A DNA stretch of 64,000 bases from Dehalococcoidia bacterium (GCA_016930155.1 JAFGHL010000093.1:38339-102338), one strand, 5' to 3'. Positions 8,572-16,766 are shown, numbered from the stretch's first letter. The notes: generated by a model from the letters alone, not told the origin. Translations and numbers: made by a program.

Positions 8572-9924
8572 ATGGAGAGACACGAACTGGTTATAGTGGG
8601 AGGCAGCGCCGGTGGTATTCAGGCATCGATTTGTGCTCAGCGGCATCACGGCCTGAAAGACATCCTGGTTATACGCATTGAAGAAAAAACAATGGTTCCC
8701 TGCGGCATCCCCTATATCTATGGAACTTTAGGCGCTGTAGAGAAAAATATCATGCCCGCTTCCCTCCTCGGAGAAGCAACGCTGAAAATAGGAGAGGTCG
8801 TATCTATTGATCGCAAAGCAAAGACAGTTTCGCTTAAAGATGGTGAAAAAATAGGCTATGACAAGTTGGTTTTGGCCACTGGGTCTGATCCTATGAAACC
8901 GCCTATACCGGGCATAGATAAAAAGAATGTCTGGTTTGCCTGGAAAAATACCGACTACCTTGGAGACCTTGCACAGGCAATTGAAAATATTGGTGATATT
9001 GTTGTTATCGGCGGCGGGTTCATAGGGTTGGAATTTGCTGACGAGTGCCGCAAAAAAGGACATAAGATAACCGTGGTAGAAATGCTGGAGCATTGCTTGC
9101 AGCAGGTATGTAACTCCGACCTGTGTATCCGGGCAGAGGAAGCGCTGAAAGGAACCGGCGTGAATATTATTACTTCCAACGGAGTGAAATCGATTAACGG
9201 CAAGAGTAAAGTTGAGTCGGTAACTTTACAAAACGGAGATACTGTCAAATGCGACCTGGTGATCAACGGCATCGGTGTGATTCCCAACGTAAAACTGGCA
9301 AAAGACGCAGGGCTGGAAATCGGCCCAACGGGTAGTATCAAAGTTGATGAGTTCCAAAGAACCACTGATACCAATATCTTTGCGGTCGGCGACTGCGCCG
9401 AAAAATACTCTTTCTTCAATGGATTGCCCGTGCCTATCAGATTAGCTTCTGTAGCGACGCGAGAGGCCAAAATAGCCGCAGCCAACCTTTATCAGCCGCA
9501 ATGGCGCAATATTGGAACGATCGGCGTATTTTCAACAGTTGTAGCCAATACAGCCATGGCCATGGCAGGCTTAACCGATACCAAAGCCCGCGAGTTAGGC
9601 TATGATGTTATTGTCGGTGAAGCCCAGGCTGCTTCCAAACATCCCGGCACCATGCCCGATGCGCATCCTATGAAAGTACGTCTGGCCTTTGACCGCAGGT
9701 CAGGTAAAATACTGGGGGGCTGCGCCTGCTGTACTCAAAGCGTCGGTGAAGTAGTGAATTTAATCGCATCTGCTATAGTTAACGAAATGACCATGGAACA
9801 AATTGCCATGTTCCCCATGGGAACCCATCCATGGCTCACCGCTTCACCTCTGGTCTATCAATTTACCGATGCTGCCAGCAACGCAATTCACAATGTAAAA
9901 AATTCAGCGCGGGTACAAACATAA
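8572..9924 (+). CDS. Pyridine nucleotide-disulfide oxidoreductase of the CoA-disulfide reductase / NADH oxidase type (single active-site Cys)
   Basis: VIVGGSAGG FAD motif, the single redox Cys in TMVPCGIPY, a second dinucleotide motif VVIGGGFIGLE, and GDCA. AGGAG RBS. Confidence 0.8.
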   Translation: MERHELVIVGGSAGGIQASICAQRHHGLKDILVIRIEEKTMVPCGIPYIYGTLGAVEKNIMPASLLGEATLKIGEVVSIDRKAKTVSLKDGEKIGYDKLVLATGSDPMKPPIPGIDKKNVWFAWKNTDYLGDLAQAIENIGDIVVIGGGFIGLEFADECRKKGHKITVVEMLEHCLQQVCNSDLCIRAEEALKGTGVNIITSNGVKSINGKSKVESVTLQNGDTVKCDLVINGIGVIPNVKLAKDAGLEIGPTGSIKVDEFQRTTDTNIFAVGDCAEKYSFFNGLPVPIRLASVATREAKIAAANLYQPQWRNIGTIGVFSTVVANTAMAMAGLTDTKARELGYDVIVGEAQAASKHPGTMPDAHPMKVRLAFDRRSGKILGGCACCTQSVGEVVNLIASAIVNEMTMEQIAMFPMGTHPWLTASPLVYQFTDAASNAIHNVKNSARVQT

Positions 9925-10118
9925 TCGTTATTGCCATTAACATTTTGTGTGTCCGTCCTGATCATATGTCTGATTAAGGCAAGTAAAATCGCTGGTTTGC
10001 CGGTATTCTGATTTGTCCATGGCAGGCATCTCTTTATGCACTGCCTTCAGCAAATCAAGAATGCCCCTTGCCTGTCCGACTCTATATTCAAATCTGCTTG
10101 AAACACATTATCATCGAT

Positions 10119-10147
10119 TTGACACGGCTATTAAGTCGATCTATACT
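10119..10147 (+). promoter_or_regulatory. Sigma70-type promoter TTGACA-17 nt-TATACT for the DUF134 operon
   Basis: -35 at 10119-10124, a 17-nt spacer, and -10 at 10142-10147. Confidence 0.65.
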
Positions 10148-10149
10148 CA

Positions 10150-10169
10150 TTATGAGCATATGCTCATAA
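10150..10169. promoter_or_regulatory. Perfect 20-nt palindrome TTATGAGCATATGCTCATAA (operator O2)
   Basis: Read directly. Begins 3 nt after the -10 hexamer and ends 20 nt before the DUF134 start codon. Confidence 0.8.
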
Positions 10170-10188
10170 TAAAGAGGATAAAACTGAT

Positions 10189-10662
10189 ATGCCGAGGCCG
10201 ATAATATGCCGCCGCGTTACCTTCCTTCCGGGAGCTACTTACTTTAAACCGGCGGGAATACCCCTGCAATTCCTGCAAGAGGTGCGCCTGTCGCTTGAAG
10301 AAGCTGAGGCCATCCGGCTCAAGGACATTGAAAACATGGATCAGGAGCAGGCGTCACTTCACATGAACGTATCACGGCCTACCTACCAGCGGATATTGGA
10401 ATCGGCCAGGAAAAAGTTAGCTGATGCACTGTTGCATAGCAAGGCCATCAGGATCGAGGGCGGCAATGTCGAAATTATACCGCAGCGTTACGTTTGCGAA
10501 AACGGCCACCAGTGGGATGTGCCTCTTGAACAGGCCATGGCGGAACCGCTGCAGGCATGCCCTGTTTGCAATACCACCGCACCAGGTTTGCTGACAGAGA
10601 TTAATTTAACCCGAGGGCGCGGAAGAGGGGGCAGGTGTCATCGAGGAGGACCAAGTCGCTGA
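10189..10662 (+). CDS. DUF134 (UPF0251) predicted DNA-binding protein with a C-terminal Zn-ribbon-like segment and an RG-rich tail
   Basis: The N-terminus MPRPIICRRVTFLPGATYFKPAGIPL and LSLEEAEAIRLKDIENMDQEQASLHMNVSRPTYQRIL are the classic DUF134 pattern. CENGH...CPVC follows, and the tail is RGRGRGGRCHRGG. Confidence 0.8.
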   Translation: MPRPIICRRVTFLPGATYFKPAGIPLQFLQEVRLSLEEAEAIRLKDIENMDQEQASLHMNVSRPTYQRILESARKKLADALLHSKAIRIEGGNVEIIPQRYVCENGHQWDVPLEQAMAEPLQACPVCNTTAPGLLTEINLTRGRGRGGRCHRGGPSR

Positions 10663-10706
10663 AATGGTCGGTCAGCGTGTATTGAGAATGCAAAAGGAGG
10701 TGAACA

Positions 10707-10973
10707 ATGCCCTACGGAAGAGGCTACGGAATGAGAGGAGGTTTCAGAGGAGCCTATGCTGCGTGGCCGTATATCGGCCGCGGGCGTGGAGGCCTTCCCA
10801 GGTGCGGGTATTACTTCGATTACCCGACTTACTATATGCCCGCTTATCAGGCTGAAGCGCCCGCTACCGCAAATTATGATCTGGGCGACCTGAAAAACAC
10901 CGTGGCCACCTTGAAAGAAAGGCTGGCACGGATGCAGGCAACGATCAGCGAGATAGAACGGCAGAGGTCTTAA
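10707..10973 (+). CDS. DUF5320-like small RG/Y-rich protein with a C-terminal coiled coil
   Basis: MPYGRGYGMRGGFRG...GGLPRCGYY with the tail LKNTVATLKERLARMQATISEIERQ. AGGAGG RBS. Confidence 0.7.
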   Translation: MPYGRGYGMRGGFRGAYAAWPYIGRGRGGLPRCGYYFDYPTYYMPAYQAEAPATANYDLGDLKNTVATLKERLARMQATISEIERQRS

Positions 10974-11036
10974 CCAGCCCAAATATTTTCACTTCCCACT
11001 ATTTCCTGAAAAAATAAAACCAAAGGAGGGTTTAAA

Positions 11037-11297
11037 ATGCCAGGATTTGATGGAACCGGGCCAAGGGGTCTTGGCCCCATGACAGGTGGAGGAAGGGGTT
11101 TTTGCGTAACACCGGCAGGCAATGTCGGCGCCTACGGGCGCGGCTTTGCATCCCGCGGCTACGGACCGGCTTATGGGCCGGTTTACCAGGCGCCTGCCAA
11201 TCAGCAGGAAATCGATCAGATTAGAAACGATTTTAACCAGTTGTTAAATGAGCTTCAAAATCTGGAGGCAAGGATCAATCAAATGGAGAAACGTTAA
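11037..11297 (+). CDS. DUF5320 family protein
   Basis: Canonical N-terminus MPGFDGTGPRGLGPMTGGGRGFC and a coiled-coil tail LLNELQNLEARINQMEK. AGGAGG RBS. Confidence 0.8.
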   Translation: MPGFDGTGPRGLGPMTGGGRGFCVTPAGNVGAYGRGFASRGYGPAYGPVYQAPANQQEIDQIRNDFNQLLNELQNLEARINQMEKR

Positions 11298-11345
11298 CCC
11301 GGGTATTGCCGGACGGGCTAAATAGACAGATAAAGGGGGTAAAAC

Positions 11346-11711
11346 ATGAAATTAGCAGTGACCGCCACCGGACCCGGTCTTGATGCCGATGTCGATCCGC
11401 GCTTCGGCAGGTGCAAATACTTCATTTTCGTTAACCCGGATACGCTGGAGTTTAAAGCAGTGGATAACACACCCGCCGGTGGAGGCGCCGGGATCGCCGC
11501 AGGCCAGCTTTTGGCATCACATGGGGCACAGGTATTGCTCACCGGTGATTGTGGTCCCAATGCCTATCAGGTCCTATCGGCGGCCAATATTCAGGTGATA
11601 ACCGGCATATCCGGCAAGGTTATGGACGCGATTAATGCGTACAAAGCCGGCCAATTCAAGGCCATCAGCCAGCCCAGCGTCCAGCCTCACCACGGTTTAA
11701 CTACTAAATAA
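11346..11711 (+). CDS. NifX/NifB-C-terminal-like (dinitrogenase FeMo-cofactor binding domain) protein
   Basis: MKLAVTATG...VDPRFGRCKYFIFVN...GAQVLLTGDCGPNAYQVL is typical of COG1433 proteins. Confidence 0.8.
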   Translation: MKLAVTATGPGLDADVDPRFGRCKYFIFVNPDTLEFKAVDNTPAGGGAGIAAGQLLASHGAQVLLTGDCGPNAYQVLSAANIQVITGISGKVMDAINAYKAGQFKAISQPSVQPHHGLTTK

Positions 11712-11746
11712 TACAGAGCATTGACTATTAATAAAGGAGGTTTATC

Positions 11747-11992
11747 ATGCCCAGAGGAGATATGACAGGACCGCCAGCCGGAGGCGGCAGAGGTGGAGGT
11801 CGCGGCGCCGGCCAGGGTGGAGGAGGCAGGGGAATGAGAAGCGGCGGCAGGATGGGTGGCAACCGTCCCGGAGCAGGGCCGGGCGGAGATTGCGTTTGCC
11901 CGAGCTGCGGCGCAAGAGCGCCGCACCAGGTAGGCCAGCCCTGCTACAGCATTAAATGCCCTAAATGCGGCGCCGCCATGGCGAGAGCATAG
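11747..11992 (+). CDS. DUF5320-like G/R-rich protein with a C-terminal Zn ribbon instead of a coiled coil
   Basis: MPRGDMTGPPAGGGRGGGRGAGQGGGGRG..., then CVCPSCG...CPKCG. AGGAGG RBS. Confidence 0.7.
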   Translation: MPRGDMTGPPAGGGRGGGRGAGQGGGGRGMRSGGRMGGNRPGAGPGGDCVCPSCGARAPHQVGQPCYSIKCPKCGAAMARA

Positions 11993-12835
11993 ATGATTAT
12001 ATCGGTTGCCAGCGGCAAGGGGGGAACGGGCAAGACACTGGTTGCCACCAGCCTTGCCCTTTCCCTCGGCAATACGTGCAGGGTTCAGTTGCTCGATTGT
12101 GACGTCGAGGAGCCCAACGACCACCTGTTTATCAGGCCTGTTATTACCGACCGCGAGACGGTCTGCATACCCGTGCCGAAGGTTGACTACAACAGGTGTA
12201 CTTTTTGCGGCGACTGCGCACGAATCTGCGCCTATAAGGCCATCGCCGTAGTGCCCAAAAGCGTTCTCGTGTTTGATCAGCTCTGCCACGGCTGCGGCGC
12301 CTGCAGCTACCTCTGCCCCGAAAAGGCTATCACGGAAGAGGGGCACGAAATCGGAGTGGTTGAGTCCGGCCGGGCCAATGGCATAGCGTTCGTCCAGGGC
12401 AGGTTGACCGTCGGCGAGGCCATGGCTACGCCGGTAATACGACGGGTCAAGACCAGGATCGATCACGCCGCAACAGCCATACTGGATGTGTCACCGGGCA
12501 CCTCCTGCCCCGTGGTAGAGGCTGTGCGGGACAGCGATTACTGCCTGCTCGTTACCGAACCCACCCCCTTTGGTCTGCACGACCTTGAGCTGGCGGTGCT
12601 AACGGTCAAACAATTGGGCATTCCCTGCGGCGTGATCGTCAACCGCGCTGTACCGGGAGAAGATATGGTGCAGTCTTACTGCTCCCGTGAAAATATTCCC
12701 GTTCTGCTTGAGATACCACTGGACAGGGATATCGCTCGCCTTTATTCGAATGGACAAACTCTGGCAGAGGGCATGCCTCAGTGGCAGGACAGGTTTAAAG
12801 ACGTTTACACCAGTATTACAAGGAGCCGTACATGA
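11993..12835 (+). CDS. MinD/ParA-superfamily P-loop ATPase with an inserted 2x[4Fe-4S] ferredoxin domain (COG1149-like)
   Basis: Deviant Walker A SGKGGTGKT. CTFCGDCARIC and CHGCGACSYLCP. Confidence 0.85.
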   Translation: MIISVASGKGGTGKTLVATSLALSLGNTCRVQLLDCDVEEPNDHLFIRPVITDRETVCIPVPKVDYNRCTFCGDCARICAYKAIAVVPKSVLVFDQLCHGCGACSYLCPEKAITEEGHEIGVVESGRANGIAFVQGRLTVGEAMATPVIRRVKTRIDHAATAILDVSPGTSCPVVEAVRDSDYCLLVTEPTPFGLHDLELAVLTVKQLGIPCGVIVNRAVPGEDMVQSYCSRENIPVLLEIPLDRDIARLYSNGQTLAEGMPQWQDRFKDVYTSITRSRT

Positions 12836-13689
12836 AAGAAGTCGTTGTACTTAGCGGCAAAGGCGGAACTGGGAAGACAAGCATTACCGGCTGTTTCGCA
12901 GTCCTGGCGCGCAATAAAGTGCTGGCGGATTGCGATGTGGACGCGGCCGACCTGCATCTGTTACTCAACCCTGAGGTCAGGCGCACGGAGGAGTTCTGGA
13001 GCGGCCAAAGCGCCTGTATCGACGAAAATATCTGCAACGGCTGCGGCCTGTGCGAGGAGATATGCCGTTTCGATGCTATCAGGAACCTGAAAGTGGATCC
13101 CACCGCCTGTGAGGGTTGCGGCTTTTGCTCCCGCATCTGCCCGGTCGAGGCTATCAGCATGCTGAACAACCTTGCAGGACACTGGTATATCTCCGATACA
13201 AAGTACGGATCCCTGGTGCATGCGCGACTGGGCATAGCACAGGAGAACTCGGGCAAGCTGGTGGCGCTGGTCCGGCAGCAGGCCAGGCAGCTTGCAGAAT
13301 CAGCACAGCACACATCTATTATCACAGACGGCCCCCCGGGCATCGGCTGCCCGGTGATATCTTCACTGTCCGGCGCCGACCTGGCGCTGCTGGTGACTGA
13401 GCCGACCGTATCAGGCATCCACGACCTGGAGCGTGTCATCGATGTCTGCCGGCATTTTCAAGTGCCGGCCACAGTATGCGTTAATAAATATGACATCAAT
13501 GAGGAAAAAGCCTCTGAGATCAAGCGGTATTGCACGAACAACGGCATCCAGGTTGCCGGGGAGATACCCTTTGATACCAGTGTAAACCAGGCGGTTACAC
13601 TCGGCCTGCCGCTGGTGGAGTATAATGATGGGCCGGCGTCCCGCGCCGTCAAACAGCTCTGGAATAATTTGGAAAAGTTTTTTCAATAA
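12832..13689 (+). CDS. MinD/ParA-superfamily P-loop ATPase with an inserted ferredoxin domain (paralog)
   Basis: SGKGGTGKT, CNGCGLCEEIC and CEGCGFCSRICP. 4-nt overlap with the previous gene. Confidence 0.85.
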   Translation: MKEVVVLSGKGGTGKTSITGCFAVLARNKVLADCDVDAADLHLLLNPEVRRTEEFWSGQSACIDENICNGCGLCEEICRFDAIRNLKVDPTACEGCGFCSRICPVEAISMLNNLAGHWYISDTKYGSLVHARLGIAQENSGKLVALVRQQARQLAESAQHTSIITDGPPGIGCPVISSLSGADLALLVTEPTVSGIHDLERVIDVCRHFQVPATVCVNKYDINEEKASEIKRYCTNNGIQVAGEIPFDTSVNQAVTLGLPLVEYNDGPASRAVKQLWNNLEKFFQ

Positions 13690-13710
13690 ATTAATTTAGG
13701 GGAGCCATAT

Positions 13711-13956
13711 ATGCCTATTTATGACTATGCCTGCGCCGCCTGCGGTACCCGCTTTGAGCATATGCAATCGGGCGCGGAAATCAAAGGCCTTACCTGCCCC
13801 TCCTGCGGAAGCGGTTCCGTGAGCAAACTCATTTCCATCCCCGGTTTAATTAAAGCAGGCAGTGAACCGCGCGGGGGAAAGACTTGCTGCGGCCGGGAGG
13901 AACGCTGTGATAAGCCCCCATGCTCCAACGAGGGCAGTTGCTATCGCGGCCTTTAA
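13711..13956 (+). CDS. FmdB-family zinc-ribbon protein with a Cys-rich tail
   Basis: MPIYDYACAACGTRFE...CPSCGS is the FmdB signature. The tail is TCCGREERCDKPPCS. Confidence 0.8.
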   Translation: MPIYDYACAACGTRFEHMQSGAEIKGLTCPSCGSGSVSKLISIPGLIKAGSEPRGGKTCCGREERCDKPPCSNEGSCYRGL

Positions 13957-14052
13957 CCGTCTCACCTGAACAACAGTCTTTCATGATGATAGAATGCTGC
14001 TCTTTTATATTAAAGGCGCATAGCGATATCAAATAAACTTAGGAGATATATT

Positions 14053-14391
14053 ATGAAATTTGCCATACCGGTAAACAACGGCGTTCTATCGGCGCACTTC
14101 GGCCATTGCGAGCAATTTGCGCTGATCGAAGTTGATGAAAAAAATAAGAGCATACTTCACAAGGAATTGGTTGCCTCACCAGGGCATCAGCCGGGATTTT
14201 TGCCTCCGTGGCTGGCCAAGCAAGGTGTACAGGTGGTCATCGCCGGCGGCATGGGCGGCAGCGCCATATCTCTCTTTCAGCAAAACGGCATCAACGTACT
14301 GCTGGGAGCGCCGGCTATCGATCCTGAAAAAGTCGTGATCGACTATCTAAATGGCAACCTGGTGTCTGGCGACAACCGTTGCGACCATTAG
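14053..14391 (+). CDS. NifX/NifB-C-terminal-like cofactor-binding domain protein (paralog)
   Basis: MKFAIPV...SAHFGHCEQFALIEVD...GVQVVIAGGMG. Confidence 0.8.
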   Translation: MKFAIPVNNGVLSAHFGHCEQFALIEVDEKNKSILHKELVASPGHQPGFLPPWLAKQGVQVVIAGGMGGSAISLFQQNGINVLLGAPAIDPEKVVIDYLNGNLVSGDNRCDH

Positions 14392-14443
14392 TCTCGCTGC
14401 CAAAGAAGCACGCCCCTGAAAAAAATTAAACAGAAGGCATACA

Positions 14444-14896
14444 ATGCGCGTCAGCAGGGAAGAATATCAGCAGATACTTGAATCAGAGCTACACAAAACT
14501 TGCAGCGAGAAGACTGTAGACCATGCTCTAAAGCCAAGGAACATGGGTAGTATAGAGGTCGCCAGCGGTTACGCTTATATAACAGGCCCCTGTGGAGATA
14601 CCATGGAGATCTGGCTGAGCGTTGATAACCAGATCATAGAGCAAGCCACTTTCATAACTGATGGCTGCATAACCACCATAGCTGCAGGAAGCATGATCAC
14701 GGAGATGGCTAAAGGCAAGCCGGTGGAAGAAGCCATGCAGATCGGCCAGCAGGATATATTAAAGGCTTTAGACGGCCTGCCGGAGGAAAGCGAGCATTGT
14801 GCCCTGCTGGCGGCCAACACGCTCAAAGAAGCAATCCTGGATTATTATGAGTACAGCCGCGATAAGTGGAAACGCAATTATAAGAAACAATGGTAG
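14444..14896 (+). CDS. IscU/NifU-N-terminal-like Fe-S scaffold protein
   Basis: Three scaffold Cys in the conserved contexts GPCGDTM, DGCITT and EHCALLA. Confidence 0.8.
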   Translation: MRVSREEYQQILESELHKTCSEKTVDHALKPRNMGSIEVASGYAYITGPCGDTMEIWLSVDNQIIEQATFITDGCITTIAAGSMITEMAKGKPVEEAMQIGQQDILKALDGLPEESEHCALLAANTLKEAILDYYEYSRDKWKRNYKKQW

Positions 14897-14913
14897 CGTT
14901 TGATGTGTCGATT

Positions 14914-15038
14914 ATGTACGATCCGGTTCCATCATGGCGTTTGGGAAGGTCCCGCGGTATTGACATGGCGTACACCCGCTAAAAACCTGCTCCTTCGATT
15001 GCTTTTACTTCTCAGGTGATGCCCGGTCAAATCGTTAA
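14914..15038 (+). pseudogene. Relic of the 5' end of a radical SAM gene (frameshifted, with a degraded CxxxCxxC motif)
   Basis: MYDPVPSWRLGRSRGID at 14914-14964 matches the conserved GPVPSRRLGRSLGI N-terminus of a radical SAM family. A stop follows at 14980. A shifted frame then reads KTCSFDCFYFSG, where the third Cys of the motif is replaced by Phe, with a stop at 15036. Confidence 0.5.
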
Positions 15039-15177
15039 ATTCATCAGTGCGATCTCAAATAAGGAGGGATTTTTCCGGCTTCAAGCACGTTATTGAGCTC
15101 TACGAATCTGCAAAGGCGGTTGCACTACCACTAAATCAGCAGCAAACGAAACGCCGCAGACCGGAAGCGTATCAAAT

Positions 15178-15627
15178 ATGGACGGCATAAATCAGACATT
15201 TAATCGCAGGGAAATCCGCATTAACGACCTTTCTGCGTTTGTCTGCTTTTCACACATAGAGTACAATTCGATAATGCCGATGTCCATCCTGAGCGACTCT
15301 ATCGGCAAAATTAAGCAGGTGACGGTAACTGAAATGGAAAGGATCAACCTTGAGCCCAGTTATACTTCTAACGAGGTGCCGGGCAAGTGCTTGAAGTGCC
15401 TGGCGGAGAAAGAGCTGAACAACTGCCTTTTCGCGTTGCTCAGTGAGCAATCCAGCGATGAGGAACTGCAACAACGCTATGAGGCGCTGCTCTCACTGCT
15501 GCAATCTCCCGACTTTGAAATGTTGCGGAGCAAGGTTGAGAGACTGCTGTCCGAAGGCAAGCAGGTCAGGGTGAAGGTAGACCATGATGATGCAGGCAAC
15601 CTGCAGTATAAACTGATTATTGATTGA
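15178..15627 (+). CDS. Hypothetical protein whose C-terminal ~65 aa are paralogous to ORF 17177-17449 (start codon uncertain)
   Basis: ORF track. The C-terminus LLSEQSSDEELQQRYEALLSLLQSPDFEMLRSKVERLLSEGKQVRVKV aligns with MLSDAAGNEQLNQRLELLTIVLKEIDFKHLRLESEKYMVQGKKVKVIF. No clear RBS at any of the candidate ATGs. Confidence 0.45.
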   Translation: MDGINQTFNRREIRINDLSAFVCFSHIEYNSIMPMSILSDSIGKIKQVTVTEMERINLEPSYTSNEVPGKCLKCLAEKELNNCLFALLSEQSSDEELQQRYEALLSLLQSPDFEMLRSKVERLLSEGKQVRVKVDHDDAGNLQYKLIID

Positions 15628-15736
15628 AACAGGGCTAATAGAGTGAGAATGCATTCGTAGTATTTGCGGGGAGTAAGCTATCCAACCCACTAGACTGCTT
15701 ACATTGAACAAAATCATACATTGAGGAGAAAACGAT

Positions 15737-16753
15737 ATGATAACTGCGGAACAAGTAAAGGACAGGCTCGATGAGGTCATCATTCCTCACGTTATACGTA
15801 GCCTGACTTTAATGAATCTGATACGTGATATCACAATAACTGATGACTCGGTAAAAATCGCTCTGGCTTCAGCCGGACTGGATGAATATTCGCAGAAATG
15901 GATTACAGAAAAAATCGAAGAATCTTTGAAAGGCCTGCACGATATAAAAAACATCAGCATCGACTATATTGATTCCAAACCCCTTGATTTAAATAAAGTC
16001 GGCAGTGTAATAGCCGTAATGAGTGGCAAAGGCGGTGTAGGCAAGTCGCTGGTCAGCAGCATCACAGCCGTCGCACTGAGAAGGGAGGGATTTGAAGTCG
16101 GGATACTCGATGCTGATATTACCGGCGCCAGTATACCAAAGATGTTCGGTATAACGGAGCGGCCTGGAGGAAACGAGAGCGGCATATTGCCGGTAACGTC
16201 CAAATCAGGTATTGAGATCATGTCGATTAATCTTCTATTGCCCAGCGAAGATGAAGCTGTCATATGGCGCGGTCCGCTTATAGGCAAGGCCATCACGCAA
16301 TTCTGGGAAGAAGTTCTCTGGGGCCGTCTGGACTATTTAATTGTCGACCTGCCACCCGGCACTGCCGATGCCCCGCTTACCGTAATGCAATCACTGCCGA
16401 TCTCGGGTGTTATAGTCGTGTTTACGCCGCAGGATTTGACGGCTATGATCGTGAGGAAGGCGGTTAAGATGGCCAGGCAGATGAATAAAAAGATACTGGG
16501 TGTCGTCGAGAATATGAGCTACCTTTACGTCAAGGAGATCGATAAGAAAATTGAGCTTTTCGGAAAAAGCAGGGGAGAAGAAATGGCAACAGAGGCGGGG
16601 GCGCCGTTGCTGGGGAAAATACCGGTTGATCCCGATTTGGCCGCCCTTTGCGACGCCGGGCATATCGAGCAATACCAATCCGATCTCGTTGAGCAAATAG
16701 GCAAGTCGCTTCTGTCGTCACTCTCCTTGAAATCTTCCGAAACCGGGAGATAA
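15737..16753 (+). CDS. apbC: Mrp/NBP35 (ApbC) Fe-S cluster carrier ATPase with an N-terminal DUF59 domain
   Basis: VMSGKGGVGKS Walker A, DLPPGT, and the Mrp signature region VVENMSY. The N-terminal ~80 aa are DUF59-like. Confidence 0.85.
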   Translation: MITAEQVKDRLDEVIIPHVIRSLTLMNLIRDITITDDSVKIALASAGLDEYSQKWITEKIEESLKGLHDIKNISIDYIDSKPLDLNKVGSVIAVMSGKGGVGKSLVSSITAVALRREGFEVGILDADITGASIPKMFGITERPGGNESGILPVTSKSGIEIMSINLLLPSEDEAVIWRGPLIGKAITQFWEEVLWGRLDYLIVDLPPGTADAPLTVMQSLPISGVIVVFTPQDLTAMIVRKAVKMARQMNKKILGVVENMSYLYVKEIDKKIELFGKSRGEEMATEAGAPLLGKIPVDPDLAALCDAGHIEQYQSDLVEQIGKSLLSSLSLKSSETGR

Positions 16754-16766
16754 CACGACGGCAAAG

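Noticed and set aside
10013-10204. A 63-aa ORF spanning the DUF134 promoter and operator.
   Set aside because: It runs across the -35, the -10 and the palindrome and into the DUF134 start. It has no RBS and its start is a non-ATG codon.
13756-13765. GAGCATATGC inside the FmdB gene (and GAGCATATG at 16830-16838 inside the second IscU-like gene), considered as extra copies of the operator.
   Set aside because: Only the 8-nt centre GCATATGC is palindromic and the flanks do not match. Both simply encode Glu-His-Met within well-supported CDSs.
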